DNA of 49,555 nt from Polyangiales bacterium (GTDB lineage: Bacteria > Myxococcota_A > Polyangia > Polyangiales > Houyiibacteriaceae). Each line of letters begins with the position of its first letter. Positions within the stretch are counted from its first letter, which is position 1. Below are positions 9,179 through 18,648 of the stretch, piece by piece. Location of the stretch: the NCBI GenBank assembly GCA_045106895.1, contig JBGCFM010000043.1, positions 1 through 49,555 on the forward strand, read 5' to 3'. The notes beneath the pieces are model-generated. The model saw nothing but the letters and a program-made list of their open reading frames with translations, was not told the origin of the DNA and searched no databases. The position numbers were made by a program, and so were the translations under genes.

Positions 9179-10057
9179 ATGCGTCTAATTACAGCCACGA
9201 TATTGATGTTCGCGAGCCTTGGATGTGTTCGAGGTCCAAGCCTCGACGACGTTGATCGTTCCCGCCGCGAGTTCGAACTGGCGGCGGCCCTCCACGACGA
9301 GCAGAACATCCCCGGTGCCGTCGGGCATCTCCGACAGGCGTTGGAACTCAACCCCGACAACCCGGAAGCACATCTCCTGACTGCGCTCATCGAATACGGG
9401 CGCCGAAACTTCCCCGTCGCGGAAGAACACGCGGCACGTGGAGTGGCGCTTCTGGTGGAACAGCAGCGCGAGGGTGCGACCCTCGCCGAGGCCCGAAACG
9501 TGCTCGGCGTGATCCTCATCGACCGTGAGAAGTACGACGAGGCTGAAACTGTGCTTCGCGAGTCAGCCATGGACGCGATGAACACCTCGCCGCATCTCGC
9601 GTGGGGCAACTTGGGCCTCGCGGAGCTAGAAGCTGGCCGACCCGAGAGCGCCCTTGAGAGCCTCTCCGAGGCCGTACGCATTCAGCCACGCTTCTGCGTT
9701 GGATATCACCGCATGGGACGAGCGTTCTACGAACTTGAGCGCTGGGAAGAAGCCGAGCGAGCCCTCGTCGCCAGCCTTGAGGCGGACGATGTTTGTGCGG
9801 ACATGCCGCAGCTTCAGAACGCTTGGCGTTTGAGGGCCGAAGTCCGCGCGCAGCTCGGTCGTCATCGCGCGGCGGTGGGCGACCTTGAACGCTGCGTGGC
9901 GATCAGCGCAGACACGGCGGACGGCGCCGTCTGCCAACGCTTGCTCAACAGCACCTCCATGGAGAGACCCGAGCCCGAAGAAGAGGTTCCTTTCGTGGAG
10001 GTCCCTGAAGACGAGGCGCATTCGAGCCCGGACAGCACAAGCGAGGGCACCCCGTGA
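9179..10057 (+). CDS. tgl: TPR lipoprotein, Tgl/PilF-type type IV pilus pilotin-like
   Basis: Lipobox SLGC; TPR repeats (EARNVLGVIL, HLAWGNLG, QPRFCVGYHRMG); Cys in the later TPRs as in myxobacterial Tgl; followed by a rodZ-like gene, matching known pilF-rodZ synteny. Confidence 0.65.
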   Translation: MRLITATILMFASLGCVRGPSLDDVDRSRREFELAAALHDEQNIPGAVGHLRQALELNPDNPEAHLLTALIEYGRRNFPVAEEHAARGVALLVEQQREGATLAEARNVLGVILIDREKYDEAETVLRESAMDAMNTSPHLAWGNLGLAELEAGRPESALESLSEAVRIQPRFCVGYHRMGRAFYELERWEEAERALVASLEADDVCADMPQLQNAWRLRAEVRAQLGRHRAAVGDLERCVAISADTADGAVCQRLLNSTSMERPEPEEEVPFVEVPEDEAHSSPDSTSEGTP

Positions 10058-10518
10058 GCCAGCAGCCGCTCCGAACGATCCTACCGGGCGTCGGTGAGAC
10101 GCTCCGAAGCGAGAGGGAACTCCGCGGCATCAGTCTCGAAGAGGTCGCCCAGACCACACGCATCCCTCTGCGGACGCTCAAACAAATGGAAGCGGAGCGC
10201 TGGCAAGACTTGCCCGGCGATGTCTTCGCCCGCGGTTTTCTTCGTAGCTACGCCCAGGCCCTCGGCTTGGACGCGCGTCCCCTTCTCGCGCGCTTTGATG
10301 CCATCAGCGATGCGAGCGAGACGGAGGTAGCCATGCCCGCTATCGCCCCTCAGGAACGAGGACGCCGTTTTGGTATCGCCATCGCTTTGGTGGTGCTCTT
10401 GGTGCTCTTCACCCTCGCGCTCTCCATCGTGCTTCGACCTCGGCGTCGCGATGTGCCCGTCGAACTCTCGCAGACCATCCAAGTCGAACCAAGTGTGCAC
10501 CACGGCCGTCTGGCCTAG
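10054..10518 (+). CDS. RodZ-like HTH membrane protein (short)
   Basis: GETLRSERELRGISLEEVAQTTRI...LPGDVFARGFLRSYAQALGLD followed by one TM helix. Confidence 0.85.
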   Translation: MSQQPLRTILPGVGETLRSERELRGISLEEVAQTTRIPLRTLKQMEAERWQDLPGDVFARGFLRSYAQALGLDARPLLARFDAISDASETEVAMPAIAPQERGRRFGIAIALVVLLVLFTLALSIVLRPRRRDVPVELSQTIQVEPSVHHGRLA

Positions 10519-10530
10519 AGGTCCGATTCG

Positions 10531-11250
10531 ATGTCTCGGTCCTTTGAGGACGACGCGGTTCTTCTGCGCGCCGTCGACTACCGCGACACGGATCGAATTC
10601 TAACGCTCTATCTCCGCGAAGGTGGACGCATCAGCGCGATTGCGCGAGGGGCAAGGGCGAGCAAACGCCGCTTTGGCGGGAGCCTTCAGCCCTTCGCGAA
10701 GCTTCGTGTCGAGTACTCTCCAGGGCGTGACATGGCTACCCTTCGGGGCTCGACGATCACGAAGATCAACGAGTCTCTCCTGCACAAGCTCTCGTGCATT
10801 CAGAGCGCCGGGGAAGGCACGGGGCTGGTCCGCGATCTCTGTGTTGATGCTGAGCCCGAGGTCCAGCTCTTTGACGCCGTCGTTCGCTTCTACGAGGAAC
10901 TCGGCCACGGGCCAGACGAAGAAGCGCTCACGTTGGCGTTCATGACCCGCGCTCTTTGCGTCTCAGGTCTCGCCCCCGGGCTCGACCAGTGCATCGTCAG
11001 CGGAGTTCGACGGCCGCCGGGCCAAGCAGCCTACTTCGACGCGATTCGTGGCGGCATCGTTCGCCGGGAGCTCCTCGGTGGGGCCCGCACCGCGCTCGCT
11101 CTCAGCGGCTCAGCCATCGAGCGGATTCGTGAATCCATGATGGAGTCGTGGGTTCCCGAGGGGTCTTGGAGCGCAGGTGAACACCAGCAGATTCGCCGGG
11201 CCCTCACCTCGTTTCGTGAGGCTCACGTGAAGGCACCACGCAGCTCCTAA
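10531..11250 (+). CDS. recO: DNA repair protein RecO
   Basis: AVLLRAVDYRDTDRILTLY...GRISAIARGARASKRRFGGSLQPF. Confidence 0.92.
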   Translation: MSRSFEDDAVLLRAVDYRDTDRILTLYLREGGRISAIARGARASKRRFGGSLQPFAKLRVEYSPGRDMATLRGSTITKINESLLHKLSCIQSAGEGTGLVRDLCVDAEPEVQLFDAVVRFYEELGHGPDEEALTLAFMTRALCVSGLAPGLDQCIVSGVRRPPGQAAYFDAIRGGIVRRELLGGARTALALSGSAIERIRESMMESWVPEGSWSAGEHQQIRRALTSFREAHVKAPRSS

Positions 11251-11330
11251 GCGCTAGTCTCGAGGGCGCAAAAAAAACGGCAATGATCGCCAAACTCGCG
11301 AGAACTCCGCCGTTCTTCTACAATCGCCGG

Positions 11331-11711
11331 GTGAGCGATTTGCGTGTACTTGTAGTTGAAGATAGCAAAGCGATGAGAGCCTTCGTCCGCGCTGCGCTCG
11401 AAGAGGAGCTTGGCGCCGAGGTGCACGAGGCGGCGAGCGGCCTAGCCGCATTGGCGCGCATGCCCCGCGAGGAGTTCGGGCTCGTCATCGTTGACGTGAA
11501 TATGCCGGACCTCAACGGCCTCGAGTTGATCGCGTTCTTGCGAAAACAGAAGGCTCACACGAACACCCCGGTGATCCTCATGAGTACCGAGAGCAGCGAG
11601 CGCGACCGAGAGCGTGGCCTTGCTCTTGGGGCAGACGCATTCTTGAGCAAACCCTTCGGTGTCGAAGAGCTCTGCGCCCTCGTGAAGAAGCAGCTTCAAG
11701 ACCGTGGCTGA
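11331..11711 (+). CDS. cheY: CheY-like single-domain response regulator
   Basis: VLVVEDS, phosphoacceptor DVNMPDLNG, KPF. GTG start lies 6 nt after TACAAT. Confidence 0.9.
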   Translation: MSDLRVLVVEDSKAMRAFVRAALEEELGAEVHEAASGLAALARMPREEFGLVIVDVNMPDLNGLELIAFLRKQKAHTNTPVILMSTESSERDRERGLALGADAFLSKPFGVEELCALVKKQLQDRG

Positions 11712-13773
11712 TCCACAGGAGGAGTTCCTGGCGGAGGTCCAGGAGATTATTGAGGCGCTCTCGCGCGACCTGCTCCTTCTTGATCAAGGGCAAAAGGAAG
11801 GCTCCGTTCAACCGGACCTCATCAACGAGGTCTTTCGTGGGGTGCACACGCTTAAGGGCATCGCCGGCATGTTCGGCTACCAGCGGCTCGGCGCCCTCGC
11901 GCATACGCTGGAAGATCTCCTCGACGATCTACGTCTTGGCCGCGTTCAGCTCACACAGACAGTTCTCGACGTTCTCTTTGACGGGGTCGAGGGTTTCCAA
12001 CGTCTCGTCGTGGAGGACGGCGAAGAGAAGGTCGACCTCGGCGCTTTCGCTCAGTCCATTGAGAACGTGTCGTCGGAGCCGGAGATGCTGCCGACGGCCG
12101 AAGAATATGCGCTCGACCCCGGCATCCTCTCGGTTCTCACGGAATACGAAGAGCATCGTCTGCGAACGAACGCTCTCCAGGGTGCTCGGCTCTTTCGGCT
12201 TCGCGTGCAGTTCGGTCTGACCAGCATCGACGCGGACCTTGAGGACCTCAAAGAGCGCGCGCTTAACGTCGCGGAGATCATCACCTACTTACCCTCGGCG
12301 GACCCCGCCACCGAAGACGCCATCGACCTCGACGTGCTCCTCGCGAGCACGGAGAGTTTTGAGACAATCAAGGAGCACTTCGAGCTAGGCGACTCCGACC
12401 TCGAAGCCATCGGAACACGTCCCGCGCAGCGTCCTGTCACCGCTCCACCGCCTCCTCCGCCGATGTTGGACGAACCGAGCGAAGGGGGGATGGTCCGCGT
12501 CACGGAACACCCCGAGACCGCCGAGGAGCTCCCGGTTCGTGAGGAGGCGCCACAGCGGAGAGTCACGAACTCCGTGCGCGTGGACATTCGAAAGCTCGAC
12601 CACTTGATGAACGTCGTGGGTGAGCTCGCCATCGTGCGTGCGAGGATGGGCCAGCTCGGTGACAAAGTCCGTGCCGGCGAAGATGTGCGCCGGTTGTCCA
12701 CTGACCTCCATCGGCTCTCGCGCGCCTTCGAGCGGCAACTGGAAGAACTCCAGGCCGGCATTCTCGGCGTCCGCATGGTGCCCCTTGGGCAGCTCTTCGA
12801 CCGCCTCGCCCGCATCGTTCGACAGTTCGCTCGTGAGCACGACAAGGAGGTCCACTTCACGTTTACGGGCGCGGAGACGGAGATCGATAAGCTCATCGTG
12901 GAGGAACTCTCCGATCCGATGATGCACCTGATTCGGAACGCAATTGACCACGGCATCGAATCGCCGAAGGTTCGCGAGCTGGCCGGAAAAGAACCCACCG
13001 GCACCCTCGCGCTGAACGCCTATCAGAAGGGGAACCACGTCGTCATCGAGGTCGACGATGATGGCGGCGGAATGAACGAGCGTTTGCTTGTGGAGACCGC
13101 CCGGCGAAAGGGTCTCGTGGGAGACTCGGCGGCGACGGAGCTGACGCGAGAAGCGGCGCTCGACCTTATCTTCATGCCAGGGTTTTCGACTCGCTCCAGC
13201 ATCACAGACGTCTCTGGACGCGGCGTGGGCATGGACGTCGTCAAGACGAACATCAACCGTCTTGGCGGAGTCATCGACGTTCAAAGCGAGGTGGGCTCGG
13301 GGACGAAGTTTGTCATCACGCTTCCGGTGACGCTCGCCATTATCAGCGCGCTCATCGTTGAGGTCCGCGGTCGCTCGTATGCGATCCCTGTGGCTTCGGT
13401 TCAGGAGGCCATCGTGTTAGACCCCGCCACGCTACGCCGCATCGACGGACGCGAGGTGGTCACGCTACGTGGCGAAACTCTGCCGCTTTGCCGTTTGTCG
13501 ACGTTGTTCTCCGCGGGCGGAAATGCGCCGGACCGAGAGTACATCGTGATTTGCTCCGCCGGCGCGCGCCGGTTGGGCTTTGTGGTGGACTCACTCGATG
13601 GACAAAGGGACGTCGTCATCAAGGCGCTCGGGAAGAGTCTCCGGAGTGTGCGCGGCTTCGCGGGAGCGACGGACCTTGGAGAGCAGCGCCTTGCGCTGGT
13701 CCTGGACGCGCCGGGCCTGCTTGAGGAGATTCTGCGTTCGACGGACCGACCGCTCTTGGGGGCTCGCCCATGA
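11704..13773 (+). CDS. cheA: Chemotaxis histidine kinase CheA
   Basis: Hpt FRGVHTLKG, SVRVDIRKLDHLMNVVGEL, HLIRNAIDHGIE, DDGGG, PGFSTR, DVSGRGVGMDVV, C-terminal CheW-like P5 domain. Confidence 0.97.
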   Translation: MADPQEEFLAEVQEIIEALSRDLLLLDQGQKEGSVQPDLINEVFRGVHTLKGIAGMFGYQRLGALAHTLEDLLDDLRLGRVQLTQTVLDVLFDGVEGFQRLVVEDGEEKVDLGAFAQSIENVSSEPEMLPTAEEYALDPGILSVLTEYEEHRLRTNALQGARLFRLRVQFGLTSIDADLEDLKERALNVAEIITYLPSADPATEDAIDLDVLLASTESFETIKEHFELGDSDLEAIGTRPAQRPVTAPPPPPPMLDEPSEGGMVRVTEHPETAEELPVREEAPQRRVTNSVRVDIRKLDHLMNVVGELAIVRARMGQLGDKVRAGEDVRRLSTDLHRLSRAFERQLEELQAGILGVRMVPLGQLFDRLARIVRQFAREHDKEVHFTFTGAETEIDKLIVEELSDPMMHLIRNAIDHGIESPKVRELAGKEPTGTLALNAYQKGNHVVIEVDDDGGGMNERLLVETARRKGLVGDSAATELTREAALDLIFMPGFSTRSSITDVSGRGVGMDVVKTNINRLGGVIDVQSEVGSGTKFVITLPVTLAIISALIVEVRGRSYAIPVASVQEAIVLDPATLRRIDGREVVTLRGETLPLCRLSTLFSAGGNAPDREYIVICSAGARRLGFVVDSLDGQRDVVIKALGKSLRSVRGFAGATDLGEQRLALVLDAPGLLEEILRSTDRPLLGARP

Positions 13774-14282
13774 GTGATCAACTGGTTCCTCAAATCGAAG
13801 ACGAAGAGTCCGAGGTCATCGGAGAAGAGCCCCCGCGCGAACTGCTCGCGTTCATGGTGGCCAACGAGGCGTATGCCTTCGACCTGTCGAACGTACGTGA
13901 GATCCTTCGCCTCAAGCCGATCACCCCGGTGCCGCGGACCTCTCAGAGTGTACTTGGCGTCATCACCGTTCGTGGCCAAGTCACGACGGTGTTCGACCTA
14001 CGACACGTGCTTCGGCTGGAACCCGAAGAGGCGACACGCCACGCGCGTATTCTACTCATTTCACTCGGCGACGAGGTCGTGGGGGTCCTCGTCGACCGCG
14101 TCCTGCAGGTGTTCCGCCTAGACTCCGACGAAGTCGAACTTACGTCCGGGCCGTCGGGGGAATCCTCCGACCATATTATCGGCATCGGTCGCCCCCGCGA
14201 GCGAACTCGAGGTCGCGAAGGTGCGGCAGATTTTCTTGTTCTGATTGATCCGGAAGCGTTGATTCGGAGGTTCCTTGCCTAG
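13770..14282 (+). CDS. cheW: Chemotaxis coupling protein CheW
   Basis: YAFDLSNVREIL, ITPVPR, LGVITVRGQVTTVFDL, GVLVDRV. Confidence 0.92.
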   Translation: MSDQLVPQIEDEESEVIGEEPPRELLAFMVANEAYAFDLSNVREILRLKPITPVPRTSQSVLGVITVRGQVTTVFDLRHVLRLEPEEATRHARILLISLGDEVVGVLVDRVLQVFRLDSDEVELTSGPSGESSDHIIGIGRPRERTRGREGAADFLVLIDPEALIRRFLA

Positions 14283-14772
14283 CTACCGTAAGAGAAGTTC
14301 CCGCGAACGAAGCCTCGTGGGCTTTCGTGTCGATGGCCTACACTACGCCCTCTCTATCGACGCCGTTCGCGAGATCATCCGCCCATTGAATGCGGTGGAG
14401 CTACCTCATCTTCCCACCGCCGTCGTCGGCGTCGCTGACCACCGAGGCGCCGTTGTTCCCATCGTCGATCTACGCCGTCTCTTCGGTCGAGGCGCGTCGT
14501 CTCCCACCAATCGAACGAAGTGGGTGGTTGTCGGTCGAGGTGAAAATTCGCCAAGCGTTGGCCTCATCGTCGATAGCGTGATCGGAGTGTTCGGTGTCAC
14601 AGACGAAGCGTCACGGGCCGCTCCACCTTGGGCACAAGAACAGATCGACGCGGGCATGGGAGATGTCGTGAGTCGCGACGATGAACTCGTCTTCGTCCTT
14701 GATGTGGACGCGGTGATGGACCCCCACCTCCGCGCCCTCGCGCGAGCGAAGATGCCGGAGCGTCTCCCATGA
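14275..14772 (+). CDS. cheW: Chemotaxis coupling protein CheW (second copy)
   Basis: YALSIDAVREII, LPHLP..VVGVADHRGAVVPIVDL, GLIVDSV. Confidence 0.9.
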   Translation: MPSYRKRSSRERSLVGFRVDGLHYALSIDAVREIIRPLNAVELPHLPTAVVGVADHRGAVVPIVDLRRLFGRGASSPTNRTKWVVVGRGENSPSVGLIVDSVIGVFGVTDEASRAAPPWAQEQIDAGMGDVVSRDDELVFVLDVDAVMDPHLRALARAKMPERLP

Positions 14773-16691
14773 TGAGCGTCGAAGAACGCCGGGTGAAGGT
14801 GCGCGCTCTACAAAGCGTTGGCTCCTTTGGCGATTCCGAAATCGCCGAGCTTTTCGAATTGCTGGGCGACGAAGATTGGCGCGTTCGCCGTGACGCGACC
14901 GATGTAGCCCTCGCCATGGCGAATGGCACGTGGGTCGCGCGGATCGTCGCGGCCATCATTCAGCCGGACTCCGTCGGGCTCCGAAACGCGTGCATTGAGC
15001 TCGCTCGGGCCATGGGCGGCGTCTACGCGGCCCACGCCGCTGACGTGATGGAAGGGTTGGAACGACTCTCGCCGCTTCTCTTCGACGGCGTCGGCGGGGG
15101 AGACGATGCGACCATTGAGTTCCTGCGTGCGCACGCCCACTCGGACGACGCGAATATCTCGGCGGCGGCCATCGCCGCAGCCGCCCGTGTGGGTGGACCA
15201 GAGGCAGAAGAGCTTCTGCTTTTGCTCCTCACCGACAAAGACCGCTACAAAGTGATCGGCGCCCTCGACGGCCTGCAGGTCCTAGGTACCTGCGTCTCGT
15301 TTGAGACCGTTGAGGCTCTCCTCGAAGATCGAATCGTGTGGCGGGGGGTGGTACCTCTCCTTGGGCGCACGGGCGATGTCCGCGCCGTCGCCGCCCTCGT
15401 CCGAGGGCTTGAGCGCCCCGGCGACTTGGCGCGAGAGGCGACGCTCGGCCTCGCGGCCCTCGACGTCTCGCTCGGCACGAGGGCCGCCGTCGACGTGCTC
15501 AATCACCAAGAGCGTCAGCGCCTCCGCGAGCTGGCTGGGACCGATGAGGTCGGACAGGCCGCCATCTATTTGCTGATCCGCGCCCGCGACGTTGGAGCGG
15601 CGCTTCCGCTTCTTGAGTCGCTGGCGGAGGACCGCCTCACGCGCGAGTCGATCCGTTCTCTTCGAGCGTGGGGCAGCAGCGCGGCCAAGATAATCCTCGA
15701 AGCCAACTCTCCGCACCGTGGCATCGCGATGGAGTTGGCGGCGGAGTTGTCGGTGGGGGACACCGAGATCATGGCATGGGTTCGTGACGTACTCGTTGCT
15801 CATGTAGACCACGATGAGCGCCGGGTTGCGTGCGCCGCGCTTCGCGGACTGGCGATCGTCGGAGGTGGCTCGGAGTGCGAAGCCATCATGCGTGTCGCGC
15901 TCTCGGCGCCGACGGAGGTTCGCGCTCAGGCCGCCTCCTCGCTCTCATCGATCTCCCACCGGGAGCCGGAGAGCGTCGCGGAGGTGTGCCGCGCCTTGCG
16001 CCTTGAACCGGGGACTGCGTTTCTCGCTCCCGTGGTGGCGCATGTTCTTGGGCCGGACGCACGCGACCGGCTTGTTGAGGGCCTGTCCGCTGACGACGGT
16101 GCCCTTCGTGCGGCGTGCGCATCTTGCTTGCCCCACTGTGGAACAAACGTTGTACGTCACCTCGCCTTCGCGATGTGCGACGAGAGTCGAGACGTCCGCC
16201 TTGCAGCGGCGGAAGCCCTCGGACGTGTAGTCGTCGGAAAAGACGAAGCCGTGCTCATCCTTGAGAAGTCGATGAGCGGGCATGATGACTCGCTCGCGCG
16301 TGTCGCCGCAGAGTCTCTTGGTGAGCTCGGTGATGAGTCGGCGTTCGGTATCCTCATCGAACGCGCCCAGGCCAGGCCCGCGCTCGCTCTGGCGGCGCTG
16401 CGTTCAGCCTTCCGGCTGCTCCCGGAGCACTTGGACATCGACGAGCTCATCCGAAACGGTCCGCCGCACCTCTCTCTCGCCGCAGCAGAACTCCTCGAGC
16501 CCTTTGACGGCCGCTGGGTTGAGTTGCTCCAGCACCCACTCGCCGCCATGCGCTCTCGCGCCGCTCAGTCACTCTCTGTGTGGGATCAGGGAGCGCGTGA
16601 GGCTCTCGCCAAACAGCTCGCCGTCGAGACCGAGCAGGAGGTCGTTCGCGTGATGACGACGGCGCTCGCAGATGCAGGTGGAGCTCCTTAG
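14769..16691 (+). CDS. HEAT/PBS-lyase repeat protein within the che cluster
   Basis: Repeated LGDEDWRVRR, DESRDVRLAAAEALG and VAAESLGELGD motifs; coupled to cheW and cheR. Confidence 0.85.
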   Translation: MMSVEERRVKVRALQSVGSFGDSEIAELFELLGDEDWRVRRDATDVALAMANGTWVARIVAAIIQPDSVGLRNACIELARAMGGVYAAHAADVMEGLERLSPLLFDGVGGGDDATIEFLRAHAHSDDANISAAAIAAAARVGGPEAEELLLLLLTDKDRYKVIGALDGLQVLGTCVSFETVEALLEDRIVWRGVVPLLGRTGDVRAVAALVRGLERPGDLAREATLGLAALDVSLGTRAAVDVLNHQERQRLRELAGTDEVGQAAIYLLIRARDVGAALPLLESLAEDRLTRESIRSLRAWGSSAAKIILEANSPHRGIAMELAAELSVGDTEIMAWVRDVLVAHVDHDERRVACAALRGLAIVGGGSECEAIMRVALSAPTEVRAQAASSLSSISHREPESVAEVCRALRLEPGTAFLAPVVAHVLGPDARDRLVEGLSADDGALRAACASCLPHCGTNVVRHLAFAMCDESRDVRLAAAEALGRVVVGKDEAVLILEKSMSGHDDSLARVAAESLGELGDESAFGILIERAQARPALALAALRSAFRLLPEHLDIDELIRNGPPHLSLAAAELLEPFDGRWVELLQHPLAAMRSRAAQSLSVWDQGAREALAKQLAVETEQEVVRVMTTALADAGGAP

Positions 16692-17539
16692 TGACGCTTC
16701 TTTTCGATCAGGGACCCGAAATGAGCGATGAAGAGTTTCGGCTCTTCCGTGCCCGCGTTCGGCGTCACTGCGGCCTCAGCTATGAGTCCAGCAGCAAGTT
16801 CATCATGGAGCGACGTCTTCGTCCGCGTCTCGATGCCCTTAATCTGAGTGATTACCAGTCGTACTATCGACTGTTGCAGGGACCGCGAGGGCCTGCGGAG
16901 ATCGAGAAGGCCGTGGACGCCCTCGTGACGAACGAGACGTACTTCTTTCGTGAGGAGTACCAACTCCGAGCATTCGAACTGGAGATTCTGCCCATACTCG
17001 AGCAGCGCAATCGTGAGTCGCGGCGACTTTCGATCTGGAGTGCCGGCTGTTCGACGGGGGAAGAGGTCTACAGCCTGGCGATGATCGTGGCAGCCTCGCA
17101 ACTCTTCGCAGGGTGGGACGTTCGAATCTTCGGCAGCGATATTAGCCGGCGCGTGCTGAGGCGAGCTCGCACCGGCGTGTACGGCGACGCTAGTTTTCGC
17201 GCGATGCAGGACCGCTTCGCGCACTTCTTTCGAGTAGCGCCAAACGGTCGACGCGAGGTGCTGCCAGAGATCAAGAGCATGTGTCATTTCGGACGGGTCA
17301 ATCTCGCCCGTCCCGACGAGAGCGCCATTGTTGGAAGCGTCGACGCGATCTTCTGTCGCAACGTGCTCATCTATTTCAACGACGACACGCGTGCCCACGT
17401 GGTCCGCACTCTCTACGACCGCTTGGTTCCGGGGGGCTACCTCATGCTTGGGCACAGTGAGTCGCTCTTTCGCGGCGTCACGGATTTCGAGCTCGTTCAT
17501 CTCTCTTCGGACCTCGTTTACAAGAGGCCGGAGTCATGA
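16691..17539 (+). CDS. cheR: Protein-glutamate O-methyltransferase CheR
   Basis: TNETYFFRE, IWSAGCSTGEEVYS, IFCRNVLIYF, GGYLMLGHSES. Confidence 0.96.
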   Translation: MTLLFDQGPEMSDEEFRLFRARVRRHCGLSYESSSKFIMERRLRPRLDALNLSDYQSYYRLLQGPRGPAEIEKAVDALVTNETYFFREEYQLRAFELEILPILEQRNRESRRLSIWSAGCSTGEEVYSLAMIVAASQLFAGWDVRIFGSDISRRVLRRARTGVYGDASFRAMQDRFAHFFRVAPNGRREVLPEIKSMCHFGRVNLARPDESAIVGSVDAIFCRNVLIYFNDDTRAHVVRTLYDRLVPGGYLMLGHSESLFRGVTDFELVHLSSDLVYKRPES

Positions 17540-18594
17540 ATCCTATGAGTGACGGAGGACTCATTCGTGTCCTTGTCGTGGATGACTCGGCGTACAACCG
17601 GCGGGTCATCAGCGAAATGCTCACCTCCCTTGAGGGCGTCGAAGTCATCGCTGCTGCTTGCGATGGGCAAGAAGCGCTTCAGATGGCGCTCGTCCACAAG
17701 CCGGACCTCATCACGCTGGATCTCGAGATGCCACGCATGGACGGCTTCAGCTTTTTGCGTCTGCTGATGTCCCGGCAGCCAACGCCGGTGATCGTGGTCA
17801 GCGGTTACGCGAAGACCGCCAACGTGTTTCAAGCTCTCGAACTTGGTGCCATCGATTTCGTCGCGAAGCCGACCCGCGCTGTCGCCGCCGACCTCCCGCT
17901 GATTCGGGCGGAGCTTGCGGAGAAAGTGGCGCTCGTCCGTCATGTTTCTCCCGCGAAGCTGAAGCTCAAGAGACCTAGCGTTGTGCCGCTGGCCGTCGAC
18001 GCGCCGAAACCGGTCCTTCGCCGTGCCAATCGGGTCATCGTCATCGGCGCCTCGACGGGGGGACCCACCGCACTTGTTCGTCTTTTTCGTGAGCTGCCCG
18101 CATCCCTCGGCGCTGCGTTGATCGTCGCCCAGCATATGCCGCCCAAGTTCACGCGAACGTTTTCCGAGCGTCTCGACCGGATTTCGCCACTTCAGGTCAA
18201 AGAGGCTTCCGGTGCCCACGGATTGAAAACGGGGCAGGCCTGGGTGTGCCCAGGCGGGCAAAGCGTAGAGATTGGAGCCGACGCGAGTGTATTGGTTCGC
18301 CCAGCGCGGAGAGAAGATCGATATGTTCCATCGGTGGACCGCCTCTTCGAAAGCGCGTCGACGAAATTCGGCGAACGTTGCCTGGCCGTCGTTCTCACCG
18401 GAATGGGCGACGATGGCTGCAAAGGCGCCAGTGCTGTGAGAACGCGCGGCGGCCGAGTGATCGTCGAGTCCTCCGACAGCGCGGCTATTTACGGAATGCC
18501 AGGTTCCGTCGTTCGAGCCGGCTTCGCAGACGAGATCCTCCCCTTGCGTGAGATCGCGGCCCGAATTGTCGCCTTCGCCCAAGGTAGTTTTTGA
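17536..18594 (+). CDS. cheB: Chemotaxis response regulator protein-glutamate methylesterase CheB
   Basis: Receiver domain (VVDDS, LDLEMP) plus esterase triad motifs GASTGG, QHMP, LTGMGDDG. Confidence 0.97.
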   Translation: MNPMSDGGLIRVLVVDDSAYNRRVISEMLTSLEGVEVIAAACDGQEALQMALVHKPDLITLDLEMPRMDGFSFLRLLMSRQPTPVIVVSGYAKTANVFQALELGAIDFVAKPTRAVAADLPLIRAELAEKVALVRHVSPAKLKLKRPSVVPLAVDAPKPVLRRANRVIVIGASTGGPTALVRLFRELPASLGAALIVAQHMPPKFTRTFSERLDRISPLQVKEASGAHGLKTGQAWVCPGGQSVEIGADASVLVRPARREDRYVPSVDRLFESASTKFGERCLAVVLTGMGDDGCKGASAVRTRGGRVIVESSDSAAIYGMPGSVVRAGFADEILPLREIAARIVAFAQGSF

Positions 18595-18648
18595 GGAGGT
18601 GACACGCACAACTTCACCTCTGCGGAGACGTCTGATAACGTCCGCTCC

